Shown here one piece after another: positions 13,975 through 26,479 of a stretch of 64,000 nucleotides of DNA. A program made the position numbers and the translations under genes. The stretch is from the human T2T-CHM13v2.0 reference genome, Homo sapiens: assembly GCF_009914755.1 (NCBI RefSeq), contig NC_060942.1; one strand, written 5' to 3'. Each line of letters starts with the position of its first letter. Position 1 is the first letter of the stretch. The notes beneath the pieces are model-generated. The model was not told where the DNA came from, did not search any database, and worked only from the letters and a program-made list of their open reading frames with translations.

Positions 13975-14770
13975 ATCTTAAATGTATTTCACTCATATTC
14001 TACTTTCATCTCCACTGTATTATCCTAGTTTAAGCCATCATCTCTCACCTGGTTATAGTCTTCTAATTGATCTTCCTGTTTCCAACTCCCCTACCTGCAA
14101 TACATTTTCCATACATAATCTGAGCAATATTTTTAAATGTAAATCAGATTATGCTATTTCACTAATTTAAACCTTTCCATGGCTTGTCATTCTAGTTAGA
14201 TAATAAAAATCCAAATTTCTTATCTCGACTCACAAGATACTACAAGATATCTCCCTTCCTTTGCTCCACAACATCTATCATTCTATCTTTCCCAGGATTC
14301 ACTATGCTTGAGCTACATTGACCTGTTCGCTATTTCTCCAATATATTGAGCTTATTTCCCTTTAAAGCTTTTGCAATTGCTGTTCCTCAAGATAGAACTT
14401 CTGAAAGGAAGCCTCTTTATTCTCTTGAACTACTTATCTTTCTCTGTCATTACACAGGGCTCACTGCCAATGTCACCACCTATAGAAAGAACTTTCTTGA
14501 CTACTCTGTGTAAAATGCTCACGCTTCTTCTCTGGGTTCTTCTCAAAGGCAATTTATTACATTAATTTAGGGGTGGGGGCCACGGAGGGGTATCAATATA
14601 GCACTCATTCATATTTGAAATTATCTTGCATATTCATTTACTTTCATAAGATATATTTCCTTTCTAATCTTATAAACCAAATAACAGTAGAGACCTTGTG
14701 TATCATAATCACTGCTACATTCTTAATGAAGGAACATTGTTTGACACAATATTTATTGAATTAAGAAATG
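13975..14770 (+). mobile_element. L2 3' region
   Basis: ccatcatctctcacctgg, aaatgtaaatcagattatg, aacctttccatggctt and terminal aatatttattgaattaagaaatg. Confidence 0.8.
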
Positions 14771-16669
14771 ACATGCTTCAGAACTTGAAAAAGCCCTTAA
14801 AGAAATGATACAGGGATCTTTCCATACTCCTTGAACTTTCAGTAATAACCCAAAGCCCAACAATTTCAAAACTCAGTCTCTTGAGTTTTGTTGTTTTTTA
14901 ATATGAAAATCTACATTGTTGTGCATGGCTCTAAAAGGATTAAAGCATTCATCTTCAGGGTGTGTAGGTCAGATATTCATTCAGGGAATCTACATAACCA
15001 AAGATAAAACAATGGTCTTTGTTTGAAATTCTTTTTCTCTACCACCTAAATGACAACTATATCCCTACCAGATATGACAAAGGGGTAGTGATAAAGGGTG
15101 AAGAAAATTGAAGACCTGAATGATGGAGAGAAGTAAATATTGATAGGAAAAAACATAAATAAGTATTGATAAGAAAAACATTGTGGAGCTAGTGACACAG
15201 AAGACAAACTTTATTGACTTGCTCTGATTAGCCCTGTTTTCTTTTAACTTGGTAGAGACAAAAATATAAGCTATGCCTGGAGTATTTTTGTTATGCCTGA
15301 CTGAAATATAGGCAGCTGTGTTTTAGATGATTTATGAATATTTTTTAACACAGATTGTGTAGAGGATTTCAGTCCCAGTGGAATAAAGTATACTTGACAG
15401 CAGAGTTATAACTAGAAAAACTGGTAAGAACAAACTTATGGAGATTAAGAAATGTGTCCTAGATTTAAAAGTGTGTACACCAAATAGTTCAGTCTTAAAA
15501 TTACCTTAAAATATTGGTAAAGAAAGAAAAATAACTGTTAAACTGCAAAATATATTATCTTTTCTCTCAGTGCTGCTCACTGAGGTATATTTTTTAATGC
15601 TGTGTGGGCATCGTAACAAAATCGGCTTCTTGAGAATGCTTATGTTGGAATATTGATATTTCCAGAAGATTTGTGATATAGCAACATGTCTAAAGAGTCT
15701 GCTTTAGACACTGACTAGAAGGAGCATATATCTTACTCAGTTTGATTCTCAGTTGAGAAATGCAAAATACTCTATATCCTTATTATATATTATGTGTACA
15801 TGTATGTATCGAGTGTTCTTATTTTTGAATTTTTTGTTTGCTTTGTATTAAAATAGTAAAATTTCTGCTCCCACATTTATTTAAATCTTTATAAGCCTGC
15901 ATCCATAAGGTTAGTCAACAATGTGCTTTTTTAAAAAAATTGCTGTGATTGTTGCTCTATTTTAATGTATTTACACCCCTGAATATAGCAACTATTGAAA
16001 CATAGCTATACACTCAAATAACTTGAGTATTTAAGAATCAACATTGTCTACTCAATCATTCAATAAAATATGTTCACTGAACAACTACTAGGTGGAGGGA
16101 ACTAGCTAAGTAACAATTGAAAATTCTAGATAAGAAGACATACCTCTTCTTAAAAAATAATTAAAATTATATTTTAGTGAAGACAATACACATTCACAAA
16201 TCAGTAAAACATCAGATGGCAAACACTGTGTGCAATTATATGTAATACTTTAAATGGGTGAATTTATAGTAAGTGAATTTTATCTCAATAAATTACTAAA
16301 AAAATAATGCATACAAACTGATATTTACAGAAATGCAAATTAATGTTTACAGAAACATTAAAGCTCCAGGTAGATTCCTTGAAGCCTGATATTAGCTGGT
16401 AGGCACAGCACAGCAGTTCTGTTCTTTACTGCTGACATCTATTCTGACTGGGGTAGCCTGTGTTCTGATTGGTCAGAGCAGAGAATTTGCCAGTTATTAT
16501 TTGATTATCACCTCTGCTCTCAGGGAGAGGATTTGGAGTAGAAAAACACTGAAAGATAGGCAAAAGTTGGAGACAGAGATGTGAGACCAAGAAAAATGCA
16601 AATGGTAGAAATTAAAAAGCAGTAGTCTACTGGGATAGAGGCTTAGGAGAGTTTCTTAGGGAATGAGAT

Positions 16670-16870
16670 CATGGAACCACAGGCATCAGAATACCAGAGC
16701 GGCTTATCAGAAATCCAGAGTTTCTAGCTCGCTCACAAATGTATGGAATCAGATTTCCCTTGGGTAAGACTAAGCAAATTGCATTGTAATACCACTAGAT
16801 AATAAATTATTAATAAAAGTATTCTCATCAGATAATTTTTGATGTTTTAAACTAAAAGTGGTAGAGCCAT
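16670..16870. mobile_element. MER5-like hAT fragment
   Basis: gcatcagaatacc...gaatcagatttccc...ttgcattgtaata resembles MER5A/B. Confidence 0.45.
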
Positions 16871-17109
16871 TAGGTTAGAGCACATCTTTAGTACTTGCCG
16901 AGTTTGATTGGCATTACTGAAACAGAAGAATGACTGTGAAAACTAGACAGAGTGGTTTGTTTCAGATTTGAGGATAGGAATAAAATGGCTTACAGAGAAA
17001 GCTGGAGAAGATGAAATTACTGGAGTTTTGCTTTATTTAGTTAAATCAATGTTATAGTCTAATCCTAAAAATTTTTTTTAGCAATTAAAAAACAAAATAT
17101 AATGGTAGA

Positions 17110-20100
17110 GATACACTTCTAGACTCTCCTGGGGAATATATAGAGCTGGAAATAGCATCACTTCTACACTTAGATGAAAAATAGTTGGACACACTGTAAG
17201 TTCATGAGTTTTTTGAGCCAAACAGAAACTTGTGGTCACAGTGCAAGAAACTGGCCTAAGATCTAAGGAAATACAGACACCTACAGAAAAAGATGAAATG
17301 CCAGAACTTGGAACAGATGTAGCTTGACACAAGTAAAAAGAAGTAAGTTGGAATATTTCATAAATTGGTGGAGGTCAAGTGTAGGTTGGTGAAAGAGTGT
17401 GAACCCTTGGGTCTGGGCACATAAGGAGAGTTCATATCCTTTGCAGGTTTTCTCCTCTAGTAACCCCAATTGCCTAGAATGGTGGTAAAGTGTCCTGTCT
17501 TGAGCAGACCTGAGGGAGGAAAAGTAACTGCCTGGGAAGGACACAAAACTCTACCCAAATGCTTCTTCCCATTCTCTTTTCAGAACAGAAGTCTTAATCT
17601 GTATTAAGGGGAGGGTATCAAACACGATCATATTTAGTGTATTTGCAGTAAGCCTTGATAGCTGGATGTAGGTAATGGGAAAAAAAACCTACCTGAGGGG
17701 AGGGGGCCAGAATACTTGCTGGGAATAGAACTACAGTTTGGGGATGGGAGGTAGAAAAACTAAAAAGATTTTGGGTCTGACAATCACGTACGCATTGCCT
17801 CCTTAATACTGAGACTAAATCAACACAATAGAAATGACCCCTACCCCTTCACTCCTGCTCCCAACCACCATCATGAGCCTAACAAGTATCAAGTAACAAA
17901 TAGCAATGAATACTGCAAGAAGAGTTTCAAGAGCATGAAGACAGACCAATCCCAAAGCACAGTGCAAAGGGGATACCCAAAGCTAAAAGTGAAATCAACA
18001 TTTAAAAGCTATCTTGCAAATCTTCCCCCACCTTAAACCTAAGGGAATGCTAGGGTATCTGAAGAGAGTGGTACTCTGAGGTTAATTAAGGAAGAAAATC
18101 CTCAAAGCCAGGTCATCTCTATCTTAACTCAAATGCTAAAAGCCTAGCAGAGCTAAGAGTATGCACATTTCCAGTCACCAAAGCAAAACAAAACAAAACA
18201 AAAACAACAACAACAAGATCGATTTACCTCTGTTCTGTATTATTATACATGTGATGACCATCTTTCAACCAAAGATTAAAAGACAAGAAAAAAAAGACAC
18301 AATGTTAAGAGATAAATTAATCAGTAGAATTAGATCTCAGGGCACAGATGTTGAAACTATTTTACAGGAAGTATAAAATAACATTTTAATATGTTAAGTT
18401 TTGTAATAAAGAAGGAGGACAACATAGTATATGGATAAATTCAGCAGAGAGAAAGAAACTATAAGAAATAATCAAATAGGAATAGATTTTTTTTTTAAAT
18501 GCAATAACATATAAAGACTGTTCTATAGGATCATAAGTAGACTCAACAGCTCAATTAAAAGTCAGTGAATTTGAAGATACAAATTTGAAACTGAAATTAG
18601 CTAAACAAAACCACAGTAAAGTGAAAATAAATAAATAAATAAAAAGAACAGAGAATACAAATCTGTAGGTAAATAGTAAAGTTCTAATACACACAATTGA
18701 CATCCTAGTAAGAAGACAATGAGAGAGAGAAAACAAGGCAGAAGTAATATTTGAATAAATAATGGCCCAAATTTTCTATAATAATGATAAATATCAAACC
18801 ACAGATATAAAAATTAAAGAAATATAAAATCAGATAAATATCAAACAAAGCACGCTTAAATATATCACACTCAAATGGCTAAATACAAAAGACTAAAAGA
18901 AAATCTTGAAGGTGGTTGGTGAAAAAACAGGCAAATAAAGCAAAACTCCAGTCAGAGGAATAAACGCAAAAATTACAACAGACTTTGAATTTGGAGTGAT
19001 ATATTTAAAGAGCTGAAAAAGAACAACAACAAAAGTCAATCCAGAGTTTTATACCCAGTGATATATGTTTTAAAAGTAAAGTAGAAATGAAAACAGTCTC
19101 AGCAGAGAAAAACTTGGGGAACTCATTGCCAGCAGGTCTATTCAACAAAGCTATTAAAGTTCACACACGAAAGAAATATAAGACCATACAGAAAATTTAA
19201 GTTCACAAGGAAAGGAAGTACATTTGAAAATACAACAAATAATGGTAAGATGAATTTCATTTTGTCTTCATTCTTTTAATTGCTCTTAAAGGTAACTGCC
19301 TGATTGAAGTAAAAGCAAATAGCAAAGTATCATGTTTCTTACATATTACAAGAACATTTTATGACATTAGCACAAAAGATAAAAGAAACAATTAGTTATA
19401 TATTTTTCAAGGTTCTTACACAGCAGGTAAAGTGGTATAGTGTTATTTGAAGGTGCAGATAAAATGCATTTACTAAAGATGTATATTATAAACATAGAAC
19501 AACCAATAATATTTTTTAAAAAGAGGTATAAAAATAAGACACTAGGGGAGATAAAACAATGAAAAATGCTCAATTAATCCAAGGAAAGGAAGATAAAGGA
19601 GTGAGGTGTAACAAAGGACAAAAGGGATAAATTGAGAATAGCTACCAAAATGTTAGATTTTAATCCAGCAATATTAAAAATGTCACATTAAATATGAACC
19701 AAGTAAACCCACCAAATAAAAGGCAGAAATTGTCAGATTGAATACAAAAACATAACACAAATCTATTATTCAACAAGAAACTCACTTTAATACAAAGAAT
19801 AACTTATTAATATAAAGGTTATTTTCAACAAAGTTGCCCAGACAATTCAATACACACAAATAAAACAGTGTTTTAAATAAATCATGCCAGGACAACTGTA
19901 TATCTACATGCTTAAGAATAAAGTTGAATCCCTACCTCACACTATGCACAAAAATTGAGTCAACATGGATCATAGACTTAAGTGTCAGAGTTAAAACCAG
20001 CAAAGAAACCATAGTGGATGTTTGTGATATTGGGTTAGGCAGTAGTTTTTCAAGTATGACATCATGAACACAAGTAACAAAAGAAAAAGAAAAGATGAAT

Positions 20101-20487
20101 TGGCTTTATAAAAATGAAAACTTCTGTGACTTCAAAAGATGCCATCACAAAAGTGAAAAGAATGGGAGAAAGTATTTGCAAAAAAAAATACATATACATA
20201 TATAAATATATAGATATATATTTATGTATCTGATTTGACAAGAAACTTACCCAGAATATATAAAGAACATTTAAAATTCAAATATCAAAAGACAACTCAA
20301 TTTAAAATGTGCAAATAATTTGAATAGACATTTATTTAAAGAAGATGTAAAAGTGGCCAATAAGCGCATAAAAAGATGCTCAACATTATTCATCATTAGG
20401 AAAATGCAAATTAACACCACAAAGAAATCCCACCACTCACCCATGAGAACAGGTAAGACAGGATAAAAAAGACACATAATAACAAGT
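17110..20487 (+). mobile_element. Old L1M element: 5'UTR/ORF1 relic, ORF2 start, then ORF2 3' part
   Basis: A-rich ORF1-like tract at ~18300-19200. Endonuclease start (aaataaaaggcagaaattgtcagattg) at ~19710. Then ORF2 C-terminal motifs (ccctacctcacactatgcacaaaaatt; aaagatgctcaacattattcatcattaggaaaatgcaaatt). No open frames. Confidence 0.8.
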
Positions 20488-20547
20488 AGCCTTGCAGTAT
20501 AGTTCGAAGTCAGGTAGTGTGATGCCTCCAGCTTTGTTCTTTTTGCT
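20486..20547 (-). mobile_element. Short antisense L1P ORF2 fragment
   Basis: gtagccttgcagtatagttcgaagtcaggtagtgtgatgcctccagctttgttctttttgct. The homologous segment also occurs at ~34910-34972. Confidence 0.9.
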
Positions 20548-20629
20548 ATTCATGGAATAAGTTTAAGTTGTAATATTGATGTAAGTAACGATTTCAATAT
20601 GAAAACAATTTCTTTTCTCTATTGCAAAA

Positions 20630-20973
20630 ATAAAAAATAACAAGATCATGTTATTTGCAGGGACATGGATAGAGCTGGAGGCTATCATCCTTAGCAAACT
20701 AACACAGGAACAGAAAACCAAATAACGCATGTTCTCACTTGTAAGTGGGAGTTAAATTATGAGAATACATGGACACATAGAGGGTAACAACACATACTGG
20801 GGCCTTTTGGAGGGTGTAGGGTGGAAGGAAGGACAGGATCAGGAAAAATAAATAATGTATACTAAGGCTTAATACCTGGGTGATGAAATAATCTGTACAA
20901 CAAACCCCATGACACAAGTTTCTCTATGTAACAAACCTATGTACCCCTGAACTTAAAATAAAAGTTAAAAAAA
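20630..20973 (+). mobile_element. L1PA (about PA13-16) 3' end
   Basis: ttgcagggacatggatagagctggagg...gcatgttctcacttgtaagtgggag...gtacccctgaacttaaaataaaagttaaaaaaa. Confidence 0.93.
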
Positions 20974-21088
20974 TTTAAAGCAACAGCAAACACATCTATA
21001 TTCTAAAGTAAAATGCAAGCATAATATTTTCTTTAAGTAATAATTTGTCCATGTGATTATTTATTCTTAGCCCAAGAATGCAATACTA

Positions 21089-21168
21089 TTAGGGTGGTGC
21101 AAATGTAATTGCAGTTTTTGCCACTAAAGGGATGGCAAAAATAAGTAATTACTTTTCTATCAACCTAA
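21089..21168. mobile_element. MADE1 (Hsmar1-derived MITE)
   Basis: 80-bp inverted-repeat element ttagggtggtgcaaatgtaattgcagtttttgcca...tggcaaaaataagtaattacttttctatcaacctaa, preceded by TA. Confidence 0.92.
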
Positions 21169-21414
21169 ATATATAGCTATGCTATTGTTTATCCCCTAGA
21201 TGTATTTGAATGAGTATATGCTACTAATCTTGTAAAAAATTATTGTTAATGCCTCTGCCTATCTTTTCCACTTTCGAAAATGTTGGATTTCTCTTTTGAG
21301 CATGTTTTCTAAACTTTTTGAGTTTGTTCATAGGTGAATGTTACCCTGATGTGAATAAAACAAAACAACTACAACAAAGGAGAAAAAAAAGGAAATGGAA
21401 AAGAAAAAAAATAC

Positions 21415-21560
21415 TGATTTTAATTTGTGCCTCTACTAATTACAAGCTATGTGATCCTGAACATATTGATACTTGACCCTCAATTTTCTCATATTTTAAT
21501 TGGTAATATGAAGGCCTTCTCTACTAATTTATTTTTATTCTTGTTAGTATCAAATGGGAG
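21415..21560 (+). mobile_element. MIR fragment
   Basis: cctctactaattacaagctatgtgatcctgaaca...cctcaattttctcat. Confidence 0.6.
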
Positions 21561-23014
21561 CACTCTAATATGAAAAGGGCAAACAGAATATAGAGATATA
21601 ACACAGATTAATACCCTAGGCAAGGCAGCAAGCAAACTCCTTTTAACCTTCCAAGCTGCAAATTGGAGGCATCTGGGGCGAAAAGAAAAGGATTTCTGAA
21701 TAGGACAATAGAACCTTCCATGTGAAATTTATCCCGGAAAAGCGCCTCCACCCCCACCTCCCATCTAAAGACAGAGGTTATATGTTTCACCTGGTGCAAT
21801 CCATCAGGACAGCTGCAGAAAGTAATTTATAGAAATGCTGTAGCAGTCATTTATTTATTGATTTTTTCTGGAAGTGTTAGCACAGACCATTCAAATATTT
21901 AGGTAACTCAAATATCAGCTGCACCCCAGCCTTCGCGGACCACACTGTTTTAACCTTGTGCTAACTTGTGTAGAGATCAGACCTTTTCTGCTTTTCAGTA
22001 AGTAATAAATTTTACATTTTGTGGCTATTTTGTAGGGGAAACTCTGTTGTGGTGAGGAGGAAGTTGTGGATGGAGATAGTGTTGGTGGTAATATTACATC
22101 ACCTCACAAATAATACTTCCTTTTACACCACACATACAAGCTTATTTTTCTTTTTAAGATCCTTCTTGAATCATATAGAAAAGTAGTGATGCTTTCTTCC
22201 CTAAACCTTCTCTCCATTAAATTTTTAACCGTGTTCCAGTCTTCTACTTTCATCTCATGTTTTCTTTTTTGAAATATCAAATTAGTCTCCTACAGTTCAT
22301 GAAGAGTAACTTCTTTTTTCCTTAGGGAAATGGGATACCCACTTCAAACCCAGGCACTTGGCTCTTGCATTTACCTTGCAGAGGCATTGTTCTCAAAAAA
22401 ATGTCTCTTCTGTTGATAGAATTATTTTACCAGGGGCTAAGAATGTAAATATTTCTCTAAATTATCAGATTACTGGATATATTGCTGTTCAACTTTCCCC
22501 ATGCCCTACTAGCCTTCTCTTGAATGTGTGTACAGGGCAGCCAGTTATTTGCACCCTGTCTTCACTTCCAAATAGCTGACGAAGTCTATTAGCACATGGT
22601 ATCTCTGGCTCTCTTTCTAGCTAAAATAGGGTAATGCTTTCATTGTATATGAGTAATTGTCTGCTTTTAGAATTTAGCAACATTTTAGAACACAACTAAC
22701 TGAACTCCTCCCAAGAACAGGCAATGGTGGGCCCTGCTTACTTCTGATTCTGTCTGTTGGTTTTCTGAGATTTCTGTTTTAGTGTAATTGCTGACCAGTA
22801 GAATATTTTACATGTTTCACTCCTGGTGTAGGCCCATATTTATTTCTAGTAAGAATCAACTGTGTTTTCTTTGGTTCAGATTCATTTTGGTGAGATATCC
22901 CCAAATATGACTTTGCTTGATATTTGACACTTCTATTTCCTTTTTAAATCTCTTTTGAAAGCTGTGTCCAATCTCCTTTTCATTGCACCTTGATAAACTA
23001 TGTTACTGTATGTT

Positions 23015-23607
23015 ATTTAAAAAATTTTACATGTAGTAAATTTCACTTTTTTGGTGTATAGTCATATGAGTTCTTATACATAGATTATCAGAACCACTAA
23101 CAGAGACAGAATACAGAATAATTCTATTATCTCAAAGAATTCCCTCATGTTGCCCCTTCATATTCAGACCCTGCAAAAAAATAATATAGAAGAGAACCTG
23201 GCATCCACTGATATTTTCTCTTCTCTTGTATTTTTGCCTTTGCTAGAATAAATGGAGTCATGCAATTGGCAACCTTTTGAAACTATATTCTTTCACTTGG
23301 GAGAATGTATTGGGATTCATTCATGTGTGAATTGGGTGAATCAATAGTGCTTTCTCTTTTTATTGCTGAATAATATTCCATTTTGTGGATATACCACAGA
23401 TTATGCATTACCCATGGAAAAACATTTGAATTGTTCCAGTTTTAGGTCTATTATGAGTAAAGCTGCCAAAACTTTTGCATACAAGTTTCTTTATTTCTTT
23501 GTGTGAAATATATTTTCATTTCTTGTGGGTGAATACCTTGGAGTAGGATTCCTGTGTCATATAATTTTATATTAAAAACTGCCAAACTGTTTTCCAAAGT
23601 AGTTGTG
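23015..23607 (-). mobile_element. Old L1 (L1MC/MD-like) 3' end
   Basis: ttcactttttggtgtatag, ttattgctgaataatattccatt and ccaaactgttttccaaagtagttg. Confidence 0.85.
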
Positions 23608-24577
23608 TAGCTGCACTTTCTTTTAAATGTCTTGGTCTTACTTAATATTTACATGATTTTTTTTACTTAGTAAAAAAAAGAAAATTGCAGCTGTTTTCTA
23701 AATATGTCTTTAGGCAATTAATATAATCTAAAAGAATAATTCTGAGTTTTAGTAGGGTTGAACTTATTTTATGCTGCAGAATTTAAAAAATGCATCTGAT
23801 ATGATTTATTTTCTGTTAATCCTCTTTAAAATTTCTTATTTGTTTGTCACTAATAGTGTGCAGAAATAATAAAAACATGCCTCTGATATCCTATCATCCA
23901 CCTTTCAGTTAAGGCAGTTAGACTGATTTGGCTCTTGTGCTGTAGAGAAAGATCTTGAAGTAGTATCACTTCTGTAATTTGCATTTCTTAGCATGCAGCA
24001 TGTATTATGAATTTGAAGTCTATTTGTAGCAAGTCTATGAATTAAAAGGAAACATAAACTGATAGTATAGGTATTATTTATTTTCCTTTAAAACTTTTCT
24101 TAGTTTCAGTGTGATTACACTTGATGTCTCTCTCTGGTGATTTCTAATCTGTGCAGGTCCTGGAAGAAGAAAGGGTATGCATGAATCTGCAGTCCTTATC
24201 TTTCAGACAGTGGCCTTTTATACACTCCATATCAAGGATCTAGTATATGAATGAAGGACATGCTAAAGCCAGAGTTGGAAAATATTTAAAACCTATGTAG
24301 TTTTGAATACAGTTATGCTTGTATTTGACAACTTAATTCAATTATTTCTAAATTTCAGGTAGGTTCTAAAATACTTTTTTTAGACTTTTTCTCTCAGATT
24401 CCAGTATGTTGGATTGCACATAGCTGTGACAGACTCTTTATTTCTTAGAATGTTCTTTTTATCAGGATGTTAATGAAACCAGTGGGAGAAGTTTCTAACA
24501 TCTTACTCCCACAAATAACTCAAACATAATACTGGAAAAGACAGTCTCCTAATAGGCACCTGGTTTATCTATCCTCC

Positions 24578-24999
24578 TGATATGGTTTGGACCTGTGTTC
24601 CCACCAGATCTCATGTTGAATTGTAGTCCCCAATATTAGAAGTAGAGCCTGGTGGGAGGTAATTGGATCATGGGGTGGATTTCTCATGAATCATTTAGTA
24701 ATATCTGCCTTGATATGTCCTCATCATAGTGAGTGAGTTCCTGTGAGATCTGGTTGTTTAAAATTATGTAGTACCTCCACCCTTTCTCTCTTCCTCCTGC
24801 TCCAGCCATCTGAAGTGCTTGTTCCCCCTTTGCCTTCCACCACGTTTGTAACTTTCCTGAGGCATCCCTAGAAGCCGAGAAGATGTCTGCATTATGCTTC
24901 CTATACGTCTGCAGAACTGTGACCAATTAAACCTCTTTTCTTTATAAATTCCCCAGCCTCAGGTATGTATTTATGGCAATGTGAAAATGATCTAATACA
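24578..24999 (+). mobile_element. MSTA-like MaLR solo LTR
   Basis: tgatatggtttgg...gtgagatctggttgtttaaa...gcagaactgtgaccaattaaacctcttttctttataaatt...ctaataca; ~420 bp. Confidence 0.95.
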
Positions 25000-25778
25000 C
25001 CTATACATGAAAATGCTGACTCCCATCCTCAGCTGGGGTCCTCTTAGGTCAGGTAGTTGCTGATAGAAATGACTGAGAGCATGCTCAGCCAGGACTATGT
25101 AAAGATAAAGACTACAGGTGACTGATTGAACCCACATAATGTAATAGGAAGTGTGCATTAATTACAAACAATACATCTAATTATAATTATGAATGAAAAC
25201 CCAGATTTTATCCTCATTAGGAACACGGTAAAGAGCGGCCAGATATGGCGAGAAGAATGCTTTATTCTTTGTCCTAAATCTATGCTTGTCTGAATTTGCA
25301 TCTACCTTACTGCTTTAGTTCTATGCCCCACATTATTTTTATCCCTGCCAGTATACTCTGGAATGGTAATTTTCTTATTACCATCTCATTTCCAATCTAT
25401 AATTGCTCACAGTTTTCCTATCAAGAGACTTCACTATTCATCAGTGCAGCATTGCTTTTCTTTAAGATACCCAGTAAAATGTGACCTCTTCATTACTTAT
25501 TTTTTAAAGACTTATACTATTATTAAACCAACAGAGGCAAATGGCTAAGCTAGCAGTATTATGCTACAGCCCTTCCCATCTCCCATCTTGTCTGCAGGAG
25601 CAACATGTATAGCTTTTTATTTTATTCTTTCTGATAAATCAGTAACCCTAAGTAATATACTTCCACACAACTTTTAGTTTACTTGCTTTAGATATTACAT
25701 ATTTATTTCCTATTTTAAGAAGCAAGGATTTAGCTAGCTTATAAAAACTTCCATCTTTCTTTCCCCATCCTGACAATA

Positions 25779-25969
25779 TAGGGCTGCCACACCTTGCAAA
25801 TAAAAATATGTAATGCTCAATTGCGTTGGAATTTCATATCAGCAAAGAATAATTATCTTCTAAAAAGTGTGTCTCAAATGATACATGGGACATACTTATA
25901 TAAGAAAATTATTTCTTTATCTAAAATTCCAGTCTAGCTGAGCATCCTATATTTCATCTCACAACCCTA
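25779..25969. mobile_element. MER53 palindromic MITE
   Basis: Termini tagggctgcca / acaacccta, centre tgggacatacttata, and agctgagcatcctatattt. Length ~190 bp fits MER53. Confidence 0.85.
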
Positions 25970-26479
25970 TCAGAGTACATATATCATTGTATTGTATTAA
26001 CTCTGTTGGTTACGTTTTGTAGCAATGTACCTTTAATTCATGGTCCATCAAAATTATTTTTATTCTCCACTTTGTGAAATGCAAATATTTTGTACTTCCT
26101 CTTTCTTTTAACTGTATTCCTGTTCTTGTTTCTGTATTTATAATTTCTAGTTATGTAACATTCACATAAACAATGTTTGCATTATTTGTGTTTAAAAAAA
26201 AATATTCATTGCAGAGCTAAATTGAAAATGTTGACTACATTGTTTTTCCTGAAATTTTTGTGTTTCACTACTCCAAATATTTTCTAATGCCATTTTTCCC
26301 CTTGGTTAACTCTCATGTTTTCAAATATTCTCTAACTTTCCAAAGGCTGACTTCTTGGGACCTTTCTGAACTACAGTCATCTTGGGGATTGATTCCATTT
26401 AATGCTTTCCTAGATTCAATTAATTTTTTGTCTGGATCCTCATTCTTGGTGTATTTGTTTTGCTGAGAAAATGAGCTCC

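Noticed and set aside
15687-15710. Perfect 9-bp-stem hairpin tgtctaaag-agtctg-ctttagaca
   Set aside because: Stems of this length are expected by chance in 64 kb of AT-rich DNA.
24140-24182. Possible micro-exon (tgtgcag|gtcctggaagaagaaagg|gtatgc)
   Set aside because: Weak splice signals and no supporting neighbouring exons.
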